Shown here: positions 1-11,965 of the stretch, one piece after another
How positions within the stretch are numbered: the first letter of the stretch is position 1
How the letters are laid out: each line of letters opens with the position of its first letter
Assembly (NCBI GenBank): GCA_012295275.1
Contig: CM022679.1
Coordinates: 27,218,001-27,282,000 of the forward strand
From: Chrysomallon squamiferum
Taxonomy: Eukaryota; Animalia; Mollusca
Reading direction: 5' to 3'
Length of the DNA: 64,000 nt
Position numbers and translations under genes: made by a program
Notes under the pieces: model-generated
What the model was told of the DNA's origin: nothing
Database searches by the model: none
Seen by the model: the letters and a program-made list of their open reading frames with translations, nothing else

Positions 1-69
1 ATTTAAATTAAACTAAAATTAATATTAAATAAAATAAATTTAGATAGTTTTTTTATTTACGAATTATAG

Positions 70-1640
70 ATGCAAGAATGAAGAAAAAAATATTTTCAGA
101 GTTGTATGTTTAATATTTTGATATGCTGAGTGAAGGCAGATATCAACCTTCAGCTACTTCATCTTCCTGTAAGTAATTTACTTATTATATATTTTTAAAA
201 ACGCTTTATATTAAAATAATCATTTTATCTTACAAAACTCAACAACAACAACAACAATAACAATAAATTATGAAACGTCTTCTTCCATCAATATTTTTAG
301 AATTTTTCCTCATCACTAGTTTTATTTTCTAAATTATTTATTTATTTTATTATTATTTTTTTTTAATGTTTTTGATGTTTATTTATTTATTTAATATCAC
401 ATTTTATTATTATTTTCTTTATTTTCTTTATTATTTGTTTTGTGTTCTTCCTAAAATACATATAACAAATTTATTTATTATTGTCAGTTATTCTGTATAA
501 TTATTTTTTGTTGTTGTTGTTGTTGTTATTACTACTGCTACTACTGATACCATTAGACCTACTATTATTATCATTATTATAATTTCATTGTTACTTTTAT
601 CATTATTGTTATATTTATGATTATTATTATTATTAAAGCTTCATTTAATATACTGGAGGATGAATCGAAACAGAAACTGGGTTTTGATTTAGAAAGTTTA
701 GAGCAGAGATACAAAAATATCGAGGACATCTTGTTAAACCTGAAAGATGACTTTCAGGATGCAAAGACAATGGGAATGTCACAGGCACACTGTCATCTTA
801 AAGAGATAATTAAAAAACCATCACAAATGAAAACATGTCCATGGTTTCATGCTTTAACGACAAAGAAGCACTGGAGTCTGTTAATGCAGGTTTGATGAAT
901 AGGAAAACATTTTTGTTAAATCATTTTAGTCATATTATGTTTTATCATTTCTTAAATGTACATTAGGAATATGTGTTTGTTAAATCATTTTTGTTATATT
1001 ATGTTTTATCATTTCTTAAATGAACAGTAGGAATATCTCTTTGTTAAATAATTTTGGTCGTATTATATTTTTATTTCTTAAATGTACATTAGGAATGTGG
1101 TTATTAAATAATTTCTGTTGTATTATGTTTTATTATTTCTTTTATTTTGTTTGTCATAATATAAGGAGCAAGTAAAAATGTTTCATATTAGTTTGTTTCT
1201 TTGTGTTTGTATATAGGTACAGGTGGGTGTGTAAGTGTGCTGTGTGTGTATGCTGCATATCCATATATGTATGTATGAATGTACATAATGTATGTTTGTG
1301 TGTGTCTGTGTGTATGTTTGTATGTATGTCAGTTTTGTATTTTATTATTATACATTTACCGAATTTCAAATTGCTACCAGATGAAAGATATGTCCATATA
1401 CATTTGTATGTATATGTGTATGTATGTATGTATGTATTATGTACCTATATAAGTTGTATATTTTATCATTATGCATTTACAGAATTTTGCAAACTGTCAA
1501 CAGATGAAAAAAAGAAGAAAAAATCAAAGCTGGAGGAACTACGTAAAAAGTTTGTACACGTGTATGGCTGCCTGGACAAACTGAAGAAAGATTACATCGG
1601 TTCAAAAGGATCCTCACCTGCCAAAGATGTGAACAGATGA
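70..1640 (+). pseudogene. 3' exons of an unidentified, possibly disabled coiled-coil-like gene (5' part outside the window)
   Basis: AG/GT-bounded exons 70-168, 639-889 and 1483-1640 (TGA). Exon 70-168 has an in-frame TAA at 111-113. The helical-looking frame of the last exon (FCKLSTDEKKKKKSKLEELRKKF) needs a phase-1 donor, which implies a frameshift near the A6 run at ~812-817. No family recognised. Confidence 0.45.
900..1140. repeat. Intronic degenerate tandem repeat, ~62-bp unit x4
   Basis: aggaata..ttgttaaatcatttt..tattatgttttatcatttcttaaatgtacatt recurs at about 901, 965, 1029 and 1091, starting ~10 nt after the donor at 890. Confidence 0.75.
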
Positions 1641-1799
1641 AATCAATGATCAGCATTGTTCTAAATGACAAAGAGTTGCTGCTTTAAAATGTGCTGATTT
1701 ATCAATGGTAACAAAGTTGGTGATCACATCAGCTTTGTAAAGGAGTTAATTTGTTTAGAACTAATGAAAAACAAATATCAAAAAACATTCAGTTAATTG

Positions 1800-2240
1800 C
1801 TTCTGAATTCATTGTTTACACTTAGTAATGTTTGTTTTAATAATTAAGTAGGTTTTTTTAAATGTGTTGCTGCTAAATTCATTGTTTGTATTTTAGTAAT
1901 GGTAGTTTTGATATGTTCATTTTTAAGATGTATTTGTACTGAATTTGTTGTTCATACTTAGTAATAATTGTTTTAATACCTAAGTTCATTTTCAAAAATT
2001 CATTTCTACTGAATTTGTTGTTCATGTTTTAGTAAAGATAGCTGTAATATCAAAGTTCATTTCTAAAAATGCTTTTCCACAAAATTCATTGTTCATACTT
2101 AGTAATAAGTTTTAGTACCTAAGATGATTTTTTTAAAATAATGTTAGTTTTAACAGCAAAACTGATTTTAAAAATGTGTTTCTACTAAATTCATTGTTCA
2201 AACTTAGTAATAATAGTGTTAATAACCAAGTTAATTTTTA
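1800..2240. repeat. Degenerate ~70-bp tandem repeat in the 3' region
   Basis: Core aattcattgttcatacttagtaat recurs about 6 times (about 1805, 1877, 1941, 2011, 2083, 2188). Confidence 0.65.
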
Positions 2241-3820
2241 AGTGTATTAATAATGTCTAAATGTGAGAAAAGAAATTATTTCGTCGAATTACTGTTATGT
2301 CTTCATTTTTCTTTTCTTTATTGTATTTGTAATAAAACCATGCCTAAAATAAAATCTGTTTATCGAATTTGTTATTGTTTAAACTACTGTCATGCTCATG
2401 TTTTATTACACATCTTCCCTTTCCATTCCAAATTATTGTTTGAAATGAAGAGAAATGATTATTATTATTACTACTGTTGTTTATTTGTATTTCTTCGAGT
2501 TATTATACCAATTCCTTTTCCATTCCAAATTAATGTCAGAAACTGTATCAAATTACAGCTGGATTTGGAGAAAATATTAACAATTGTTTCTAGTTTACCT
2601 CATGAAACAATGACAAGCAAACTTATTTTGAGTTTCTTGGTGTTTTTTAGTTGTTGTTTTTTGGGGGGGGTCTTTCTTTTGCATCATGGCTTCAGAATAG
2701 CTGGATTTGGATTTTTTAATATATATATATATATATTTGTTTTTTTTTATTAGTGGCAAGATTTTTGGCTCCATTTATAAAAGTTTTTTTTTTCTGAAAA
2801 AAGTCAGTTTATAGATTATATTCAATACCATGAAGCCATATGGTATCATTAGTGTCCCAATTTCTGAAAACCAGTTTCACTAAAATGTTAATAACTATAA
2901 ATATTAATGTGAAATCTTCAGATTAAAGTCTAAATATTGTGACACAATCTGAAAATTAATAATTCAACATGGAAAGTAATATTTATTAATCACAATTATT
3001 ATTTAATTTAAAAAGTAATAAACAAAAACTCTGATCTTATCAAGCAAAATTATTTTATTATATGTTAGAAATTTAAATGACAGTATTCATCAAGTTCTGG
3101 TAACCAACATACATACATACATGTTTTTACCTCCTAGTGAAAAGAGAAGAAAGATTTTTTATTTCCATTGATAACAAATGTATTAAATATTTTGCAGCTT
3201 TTATCCTGTTATTTTCTTAGGGCAGTATGTAACATTTTTAAATTTAATTTATTCTTAAAAGTTTCCTGACAAAAAGGTGTTTGATGTTTTCTAGAATTAG
3301 TCAAGAATATGTCATTTATTCATTTCCATCATAACTATTTATTTTTAAAATTAAATTAATAATTATATAAACAAAAACCTATTACAGACAGGCCAAGAAG
3401 GGACTAGTAAAGAAAAAAAATAAAATAAAATAAAACAGTGTTCAAGACCAACATAATTTCTCCATACTGGTTTATATACCTATATTATATATACATATTC
3501 TTATCTCGATATTTCAAGTAGATATATGTAAATAAAAATTTAGCTACATAAAATTATCTCAAATTTGCACTTCAGGATCCATTTTAATCATAATCATAGT
3601 AAACTGAATCATTTGCTGGTAGTAAATAAAAATAAATTAATAAAAATAAAGTACTGAATATAAGAAATATATATATATACATCTAATACAAATCTTTAAT
3701 TACCTACATTAAAAAAAAAAAAAAAAAAAAAAAACTACAACAATAATCGAACAAATAAAAAAGAAACCAACTACCAAACACTGTAATTATATATTTACAT
3801 TAATAACAAATAATGTTTCT

Positions 3821-4501
3821 TTATTTCAAGCTTGAATCAAAATTTTCAGTGACAATGTTTTCAATTTTCTTTTTGTAATTTTCCACAGTGAGTTTAGCTT
3901 CACTGATTATCTGTGAGTAACTAAGTGAAATCTTTTCTAGTACTGTTTTAGATAACAAGTTATCACAAACTTCTGTTTTCACTCTCTCACTTTCTGGACT
4001 GGTGGTCAAATCATCCAGACCCAAATCACTGACCACTGACTGATCGTAACAAACTGCACACTGGCCTTGACCATTACACAAACATACAGGTGGAGAAGTG
4101 GACATGTCACGCTGTTTAAAAACATCAGTTTCTGAACATTTGGTTAGAACAGATTTTTTAAGATCTTTCTCAAATTTAATGAGGTTTTCCAATATGTCTT
4201 CCAGCTCAAAACGATTTTTCTCTGTTAGAGTAAATACTGAATTCTGTGTTTGGCTTGATGCTAAAATGGCACTCACAGTTCCCCGTAGCTTTCCTGTTTT
4301 GTATCCAATAGCAACAGCTTGTTTGTAGCCGAAGTTAAATCCATCCTGCAAAGAGAGCTCCTCTCCCTGACTCACTCCATTTCTAAACTGTTCTTTCAGC
4401 AGCCGAGTTCTTGTTTTATTCCAGTCTCTTTGTTGTAGAAGACTTTCATCAGCATCCTCATCAAACACGTCATCACAACTACTACTACTACATTCTGCCA
4501 T
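3821..4501 (-). CDS. YAE1: YAE1 homolog (Yae1 domain protein; CIA-pathway adaptor for ABCE1/Rli1 Fe-S maturation), 226 aa, single coding exon
   Basis: Acidic N-terminus DDVFDEDADE..LQQRDW followed by the Gx3 repeat FRNGVSQGEELSLQDGFNFGYKQAVAIGYKTGKLRGTVSA typical of Yae1_N. A splice acceptor (ttttctttcttatatAG, AG at 4532-4531) lies 29 nt upstream of the ATG. Confidence 0.88.
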   Translation of the reverse strand: MAECSSSSCDDVFDEDADESLLQQRDWNKTRTRLLKEQFRNGVSQGEELSLQDGFNFGYKQAVAIGYKTGKLRGTVSAILASSQTQNSVFTLTEKNRFELEDILENLIKFEKDLKKSVLTKCSETDVFKQRDMSTSPPVCLCNGQGQCAVCYDQSVVSDLGLDDLTTSPESERVKTEVCDNLLSKTVLEKISLSYSQIISEAKLTVENYKKKIENIVTENFDSSLK

Positions 4502-5064
4502 TGTTACTTTAATAATGTTCTCTTAAATTACTATATAAGAAAGAAAAATACACTGAAAGCACAAAAATCAGTGTGGTAAGAATACAAATCTGAGAACACA
4601 AAATATTTTAAATCTTGTTATTTAAAAAGGGAAATAAATTTTATATAAAGTAATTGATGAAAGAGTTAAAGCGTTTTGCACTTGACAATAATTATTTATA
4701 ATGCAATTCTGCTCGAGCTCAAGCTACAAATCCTGTGAGTAATAGAAAAATTAACTGAAAACTCAAAATTTCATTCACCTTTTTACAAACCTTTTCTTAA
4801 ACGATGTTGACTATTCAAGAAATGAAATGAAACTCTAACATTACATATAAGTAACAGTTCACTTATTTTCTAACACAGTGTCCAGTACACACACAAAAGG
4901 AACAAAATAAACAAATCTTTTTTAAGAAACAAAAACTTGGACAAAATTCACAAAATAAAAGTCTTAAAAATACTTTTAAATAAAGTTTTTACAATACAAA
5001 AAAAGCCAAAAGTCTTTGGACACAGATTGTTTCTGGATATCAAGGTGGATGTTAAGTCACTAAG

Positions 5065-8000
5065 TTACAGAGCAATCCCACCCAGACAGCGAGGGGAGGG
5101 GTCAGTCTGTTTTGAACTCTCCCACTGTTCTGGAGTTTTAGCCTGAAATGTTAATAATTAAACAAAGATTGAAAGCCATTTAAAATTCTTTAATACTGTA
5201 AATTTCAGATATTTAAATATTTATATACAAAATGAGGGAAAAATAAAATAAAACCAAAAATAAAATAAAATAAAATAAAATAAAAATTAACATTAGAAAG
5301 AGAAATAAGAAAAAAATATTTTGTACTGCTATTAAATTATTTTCCCAAACTCAGTATTTCTGTACATTTCCTTATGTTGTTACACACAGTAAAAGTCCAT
5401 TACTTAATATACAGTTTTGATTTTTTAATCTCAATCCATTTTCAATGAAGTTATCTTCAATTACACTGCGTAATAATATTAATTTGGAAACACTAATTAT
5501 GGTATTGTTATTTAAAATTCTGAAGAATATTTTATTTATTATGTAGGCTATGATTTTAAATGAAAAGTTGTTTTGAAAGGAAAAATTTACAAAACATTAC
5601 AACCAAACATATATCACAATGGTTACATTACACATAAAAAAGATATAATAATAACAGTTTTAAAAATTGTGAAATATTATTAAGAATTTTTTTTTTTAAT
5701 AATATCATCTATGATAATGATATTTAAAATTCAAAAAAAAAAAAAAAAAAAAAAATATTCTGTATATTGATAAAGTAAGTAAAAATTAAAGATAACCATA
5801 ATACATATTAACAGATTCAGCATTTTTATAAACGTTCACATACATAAAGATTATCATATATATATATATATATATATACATATATACAAACATTTTAATT
5901 GTAAGGAAATAAAAAATAATCAAATGACAAAGTTTATTTACCACAACAGACAGAGCATGAATTGATCCACTTAGTTCTTCCTTTAAAATTTCATTTACCA
6001 TCTGGTGTCTCTGAAATATGTAAATGAGGACAACTGTGAGAGATATTTACAGTTAGAAACATGTGGAATACCTATAGAGTTTAATTTTTGTACAATATAT
6101 ATTAAAATTAAAAACTGCGAAATATTTATTAAAAAGAATATCATCAAAAATATTGAATATTTACAAAATTAAAAATTAATTTTGCAAAAAAAACAACCGA
6201 AAAAGCAAATAAAACATGAACATAAAGCACTCTTGCTCATTTAATTTAAATACAGAACTAGAATATATGAGAGAGAGTGAGCGAATGAAAGAAAACTAAA
6301 TATTTGATAAAACAAAATTAAGTTTTAAAAAAAGAAAAAAGCTAGCAACTTTTTGTACACTGTCTTCTAATAAAATGGAGTAATTTGATTACTTAAAATT
6401 AAATTGTTCTTACCTTAAGGACAGGTTTATCCTTAAACACATCAGACACAACAAGCACTTTGAAATGTGTTTCTGATCCTGTAAATACAAATTTATTTAT
6501 TTAGTATAAATGATTTCATCGTCCAAAATTAACATTCAGATGCTTTCTTTTTTGAAAAATACATTTTTTAAACTTGTTATTAGAAATGAACTGAAAAAGT
6601 AAAAAATAAAAGTTATAACAAAATAAATAAATAAGTAAATAAGTATTTATATATCTTTTTTCTTCTTTTTTTATGAAAAGATGATAGAAAATTGATACTA
6701 TGTTTCAATCCACTATTTAAGATAAAACAAAATAATAAATAAATAACAAATAAAAATTTACCTTTAGGAACACAGTGCATGTAACTCTCATTGACAATAT
6801 CCAGAACTTTTGGCTGAAATTATCAACAACATAAACTTTACAACAACCATAAACATAAACAAGTTCTTCTCTACAGACCCTATCATGTTTTTACCATTAG
6901 TGTTTGCAATTAAATTATATAAATAAAAAGAAATGTATTGTCCAAAACAAGCCTTGGTAATTTTTTAAAATGAATAAATCAGAAAGAAAGAAGAAAAATC
7001 TGAGGTATACTGCAGGTTTAATGGAGATTATCATTATATAAATATGCTACAGAATTATGTTATTACCTGGAACGTCTCTGTCAGCTTTCTTTTAATTGAA
7101 GCTTCAATTGGTTTCTGTTAAAATAAAAATTAAAAAGTATTAAAATAAAAAAATTAAAAATATCTATCATTCATTCATTGTAAGTACATACATTATCTTC
7201 ATTCAGTTTTAATTAAAATTAAAAAATTATATCACTAATAATAGTGCAGTTTAAAAATATTTTAGTTTTTGACATTTTTCTGTATTCGTATTATAATATT
7301 ATTGCTTACATATACAACATATTTCAATTTGCTCTGTTGTCAGAAAAATAAAGCAATCAATCCACCAAATACACAATGACAAGATGAGTCCATGTTTGAA
7401 GGGTAAAATGACAACATTCAAATATTTTGTAATGATTATTATTTTTCTGTAATACTTTAGGAGTGATAGTATATCACGCAAAGCAATAAAATGTATGTAA
7501 AACATTATCAGACATTGCTATATAGCAAAACTTTTAAGCACTTTGACCACTTTTTTTTATTTTTTTACAATAAAACACTATATATCATAGCTATATAATC
7601 AAGATATTACCTACCTCGGCGGCTATGGCAGCACTCATATTTCTGCAGATCTGGGAGATGCCAACCTGAGCTATACGCTGTCCTCGTAAGATAAATGCTG
7701 AAAATCAACATGGATGTTTTAAACTTCATTGAATATAATCAAGTGTATTTATATATATATATATATTATTATTATGTTTATTTGTTGTTGTTTTTTCATT
7801 TAAAGGTGTAGATGATTACAATTTACAGGCAAAATTATGAGTTTTAAAATTATAATTTAATAATATATGTACATAAATAAATTCATTTTTGAACTAATAA
7901 CATCATTTATATAATATTTCTAAATATCTACTGGTGCATGTAATTCTATACTATTATATACTGAACATCTGAAGATATTTATAAGAATGTCTTTTGTAGA

Positions 8001-8688
8001 AAACTTTAACAATCTATAGTATATATATTTTACATGGTTTATGAAATTAAAATGTTCAGATAATTTTATAATTAGTTTTTACCAATCGTTAAAATTACTG
8101 TTATAAACTTACTTCATTATATGTAATTTGTAAACAATAATAATAAATTAATAATAAAATTTAACAAAATTAACATTAAATTTATAGATACTTTATGACA
8201 GATGTTTAAAAATAGTAAGACTGTTTAAAACTGGTTCATTTTAATACAAATTAATATAATATTAAATTTATCATTTATCATTTTCGTTGTTTTATATATT
8301 AAAATATTTATATTTATAAGAATTAGTTTTTTTTTACCAAATACTTTTACTAGATTTAGCGATAACACCCCTACGAGCTGATAAACAACCTGAACACTAA
8401 CATTATTACGTTATTATTATACTTCAGTTCAATGTGGAATTGCTTAATCATCATGAAGTAACATTATTTATGAATATGAAGTACAATAACTATCACGATA
8501 AATGAACATGAAGTACAAGAAATATCACGATAATTGAACATGATTGAACAAAATTAATGTTCTTTGCGGTTATTAATACTAACCCATCTCTTTTTACATT
8601 AGCTCTGACAACTTTATATGTAATACACAGTGAAAAACAAAGCTTAAACGTTAAATTGTAAAAACGTTGTTATTTTACCTGATGTCAT
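5065..8688 (-). CDS. BOLA1: BolA-like protein 1 (mitochondrial BolA), 134 aa, 7 exons
   Basis: Phase-consistent exons 8688-8679, 7697-7615, 7114-7067, 6813-6762, 6478-6414, 6010-5942 and 5142-5065 give MTSAFILRGQRIAQVGISQICRNMSAAIAAEKPIEASIKRKLTETFQPKVLDIVNESYMHCVPKGSETHFKVLVVSDVFKDKPVLKRHQMVNEILKEELSGSIHALSVVAKTPEQWESSKQTDPSPRCLGGIAL*. NES..H.VP.GSETHF, RH.MV, IHAL and SP.CLGG are BOLA1 hallmarks; the Arg-containing, acid-free N-terminus resembles a presequence. Confidence 0.93.
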
Positions 8689-8882
8689 TACAGTGATTGA
8701 GTGTTAAAACTTTCCACAATCAGTTAAATTGCATCATATCATTTGCATCATTCTATTTCTATCAATCACGTTTTTTGGATTATCCAGACCATTTTACTAT
8801 CTAGTTCTTTCAAATCAAGACTACTTCCTCGGTGCTCCAGCTTTGTAGGAGGAAATTCTGTAATACTGAAAGAAAAGAAAAT
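8689..8882. promoter_or_regulatory. Bidirectional promoter between BOLA1 (-) and DCTN4 (+)
   Basis: Only 194 bp separate the two divergent ATGs. ETS-like cores ACTTCC (8823) and GGAGGAA (~8848) are present; no clear TATA box. Confidence 0.8.
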
Positions 8883-11800
8883 ATGGCTACCTATATCGAT
8901 ATTAATTTGGTAAAATATGTTTGTACATGTGGTAAGAAACAACCATTTTGCAGATTGTATTTATGCAGGCACTGTTCAGAACTTAGATGCGTGGACTGTG
9001 TACAACACGAGGTAAATACAGTACTGGTAGCGAAGATAATCAAAGAAACTGAGCTAGATTCAAGCATGCAAAGTACTAAGTTACAAGTAGGACAACCGTT
9101 GGTCGTTACAATTTTTACCGATCCAGCCCAAAATCTGCGTCGATGTGTTCCAGTTTCTCACTCTGTTTCTAAAAGTTGGAATATATAATGTTAGAAATTC
9201 AATAACCTTAAATATTTTAACTTAGGTTTATGACAGTGCCATAAACACTCGACTCGCTGTCACCATGATTGAACGAATGAATGATCATACAGCCAAACTG
9301 ATACTGTCATGATTTAAATTAACCTGATTAATTATTAAAATGATCCTGCAGACCAGGTTCGGTCAATAAGATTACTCAAATTACTATTTCAAAATTTAAC
9401 TACCACTGTGCAGTGTACCAGTAAATTGTGTAATTATCAGTTCCACGACTATGTTAGTTTATTATGTATGTAATTGATTTATAATTTGTATAAACATGAT
9501 AAACCACTTTTACTAGGTTAAAGCATATACTAGGCTTAGTTCCTGTTCTCAACCCAAACACTGGTTAACTGAGAATCTGTTTCTGCTGTGTGGCTATTTA
9601 AACTCAGACAAACATTTAAAAACTAATATTCACATATTTGCAGAAATATCAACAGACAAAAAAAAAGAAAAGAAAGAAAAGGAAATTAACATTAACTATA
9701 TTTATTATAAACTAATAATATTAGCTCATTTCTGTGGCAGATTTAAACATTACAAAGAATTTAATTCCATTTTCTGAATAAACAGACTGTAAGATTTAAT
9801 GTATTAACACTAAAATCAAAATTGAACAGTTTATTTCCAGTAAAATATAAATATGTTTGTTTTCTAGGGAGACAGTCACTACTGCACTCACTGTCTGGAA
9901 AATATGCCGTCTGCAGAGGCAAAGATGAGAAAAAACAGGTAACCAAAAACGTTTTCTCTTTCTCAAATTCCATAATCAGTATTATGCTCTTGTAAGGTTG
10001 TTGAATGTTCATAATGTTATTGATATGAGTAGTACTGTATGTATGAAACTGATTTAATTGTCAACTTAGCATTATAAATGTTTAAAAACGATAAAATAAA
10101 AAATAAATCAATTAAATTAAATTAAATTTAAAACAAATCAAGAAATGTAAAGATTCTCAGATTTATTGTTGTTGTTATTTAAATTAGTATTGTTTATAAT
10201 TAGAAGTAAATTAGCAGTGAACACTGAAAAACTGGTTCGTGTGTTAAAGGTGTTCTCGGTGTTTGGATTGTCCTGCCTGTGGAAACACTCTGATGACTCG
10301 GGCTACCAACATGATGGTGACATCATCACCTGACCCGAGTAAGCCATCGACTCCGACAACTCCGAAGAAAATGTATTACTTGGCTTGTGGATTCTGTCGC
10401 TGGACAACCAGAGATGTGGGCATACCAGACCAGACTGTGGGTACGTGACTGATATCTGAACACACGTTATTTAAATTCATAAAATTTTAGAGTATTTGTG
10501 TAAGTAAGCTTAGAACAGAAAATGTTTATTGTCAGAATAATATATTTTTCTTAATTTAAATTTTAAAGTGTTCTGTATAAGTAAGTTTAGAACAGAAAAT
10601 ATTTGGGTAATTTAGAATAAAATATCTTTTTTTAATTTAGAGTATTCTGTACAAGTAAGTTTAGAACAGAAAATATTTTGATAGTTTAAAATTTAGAATA
10701 TTTTGTACAGCTCGGTGTTCTGATGACATGAAACTTTATGTAACTTGAGACAGTGCATTCAGAATGAGAAAACAAATAGATATACATGTAATTAGTTAAT
10801 TTTTATTTTAAATGAAAAAAAAAAGAAGGAAAAATGAACAAGAAAGAAAAACCTTTTTATGGGTTTTTAAATAAATACTGACAGCCTTTAGCTCTGTTTT
10901 TTTCTTTAACTGTGTTTAATCTAAACTTGACAAAATAAAACTTTTATAACTGGAATAATGAAGAGTTTGATTCTGATGGAAATGTTAAATAAAAAACTGA
11001 AACATTTATACAGAATATTTTAAATTAACAACGTCTGATAGAAATATGACGAACACCAAAATGTTACGTTGAGACCAAATTTATGCTGAATATTTTGATA
11101 TCTGACATTTCTAAAGTTATAATTTATGGGGTTGCCAATTATGTTGACTGTTTAATGGTGTTACTTATTTTATTTTTTTATACCTATAATTATAAATTTT
11201 ATTTTTCTGTGTTTTTATAGCAAGTGGAGGTTTGCCAGAACAAGAAAATGAAGCTAACAAACTGGTAGAGCACATTTCTTTCTCGCAAATATTTTACCTT
11301 CACTGAATCACTTTTTACAGTTTTCTTCAGTGAACTCACATGTTTATTTTCTATCATGTCTCCATTGATGAATAACTATAATTCAGTTAGTTGTAAGAAC
11401 ACTGGTTTTCTGAGATAACTTGAGCTCAGTGGATCAGTCATCCCATGTGTACCCATTCCCTTTTTTCACAATCCAGCCAAGTGCCCCATAACTGTTTCAT
11501 CAAATGGCATTTTGCATTACATTTTGCAGTGTACAAGAAGGTTCATATAAAAATGGATATTCTACTTTGTATTATTATTATTATTATTATTATTATCTAA
11601 CAATTGTTAATCATTTACATGTGGAAGTGTCATTAAACAAATTTATTTATTTATATATTTATTAAAATCATTCTCTCCAATGACAGATTAGAACGTTGAA
11701 GCAAAGGTTAATTGCTTGATTGAATGAAAATGTTTGTGTCTGTTGACAGATTGGTCCAATACTAGAATATTACCATCTCCTGGCACAGAAAGAGAAGACA

Positions 11801-11922
11801 GAAAAGGAACGAAAGAAATATGTCAAGCGAAGAAGTCATCTGTATTACGCTGCAGAAAAAGTTTGTTCATTTTAATTTACTTTTTTATTTAATTATTTTT
11901 ATTTTATTTAATATTTTTATAT

Positions 11923-11965
<43 letters not shown>

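Noticed and set aside
4499-5942. BOLA1-YAE1 fusion protein by splicing to the 4530 acceptor
   Set aside because: The exon starts TAATTTAA. A phase-0 join stops at once and the YAE1 frame has a TAA before its ATG.
9275-9330. Possible C/D-box snoRNA in DCTN4 intron 1
   Set aside because: Imperfect C box, only ~50 nt between boxes, and no convincing terminal stem.
9868-9870. DCTN4 exon 2 begins with Gly (HE-GDSHYC) where I recall Val in other animals
   Set aside because: A single-base difference (GGA versus GTA) that cannot be told from a polymorphism or consensus error; the frame is unaffected.
10715-10770. CTGATGA-cat-GAAAC, resembling a hammerhead ribozyme core (also CTGAAGA at 54088)
   Set aside because: No stem II can form and I could not build stems I and III with a cleavage triplet; the second site lacks GAAA.
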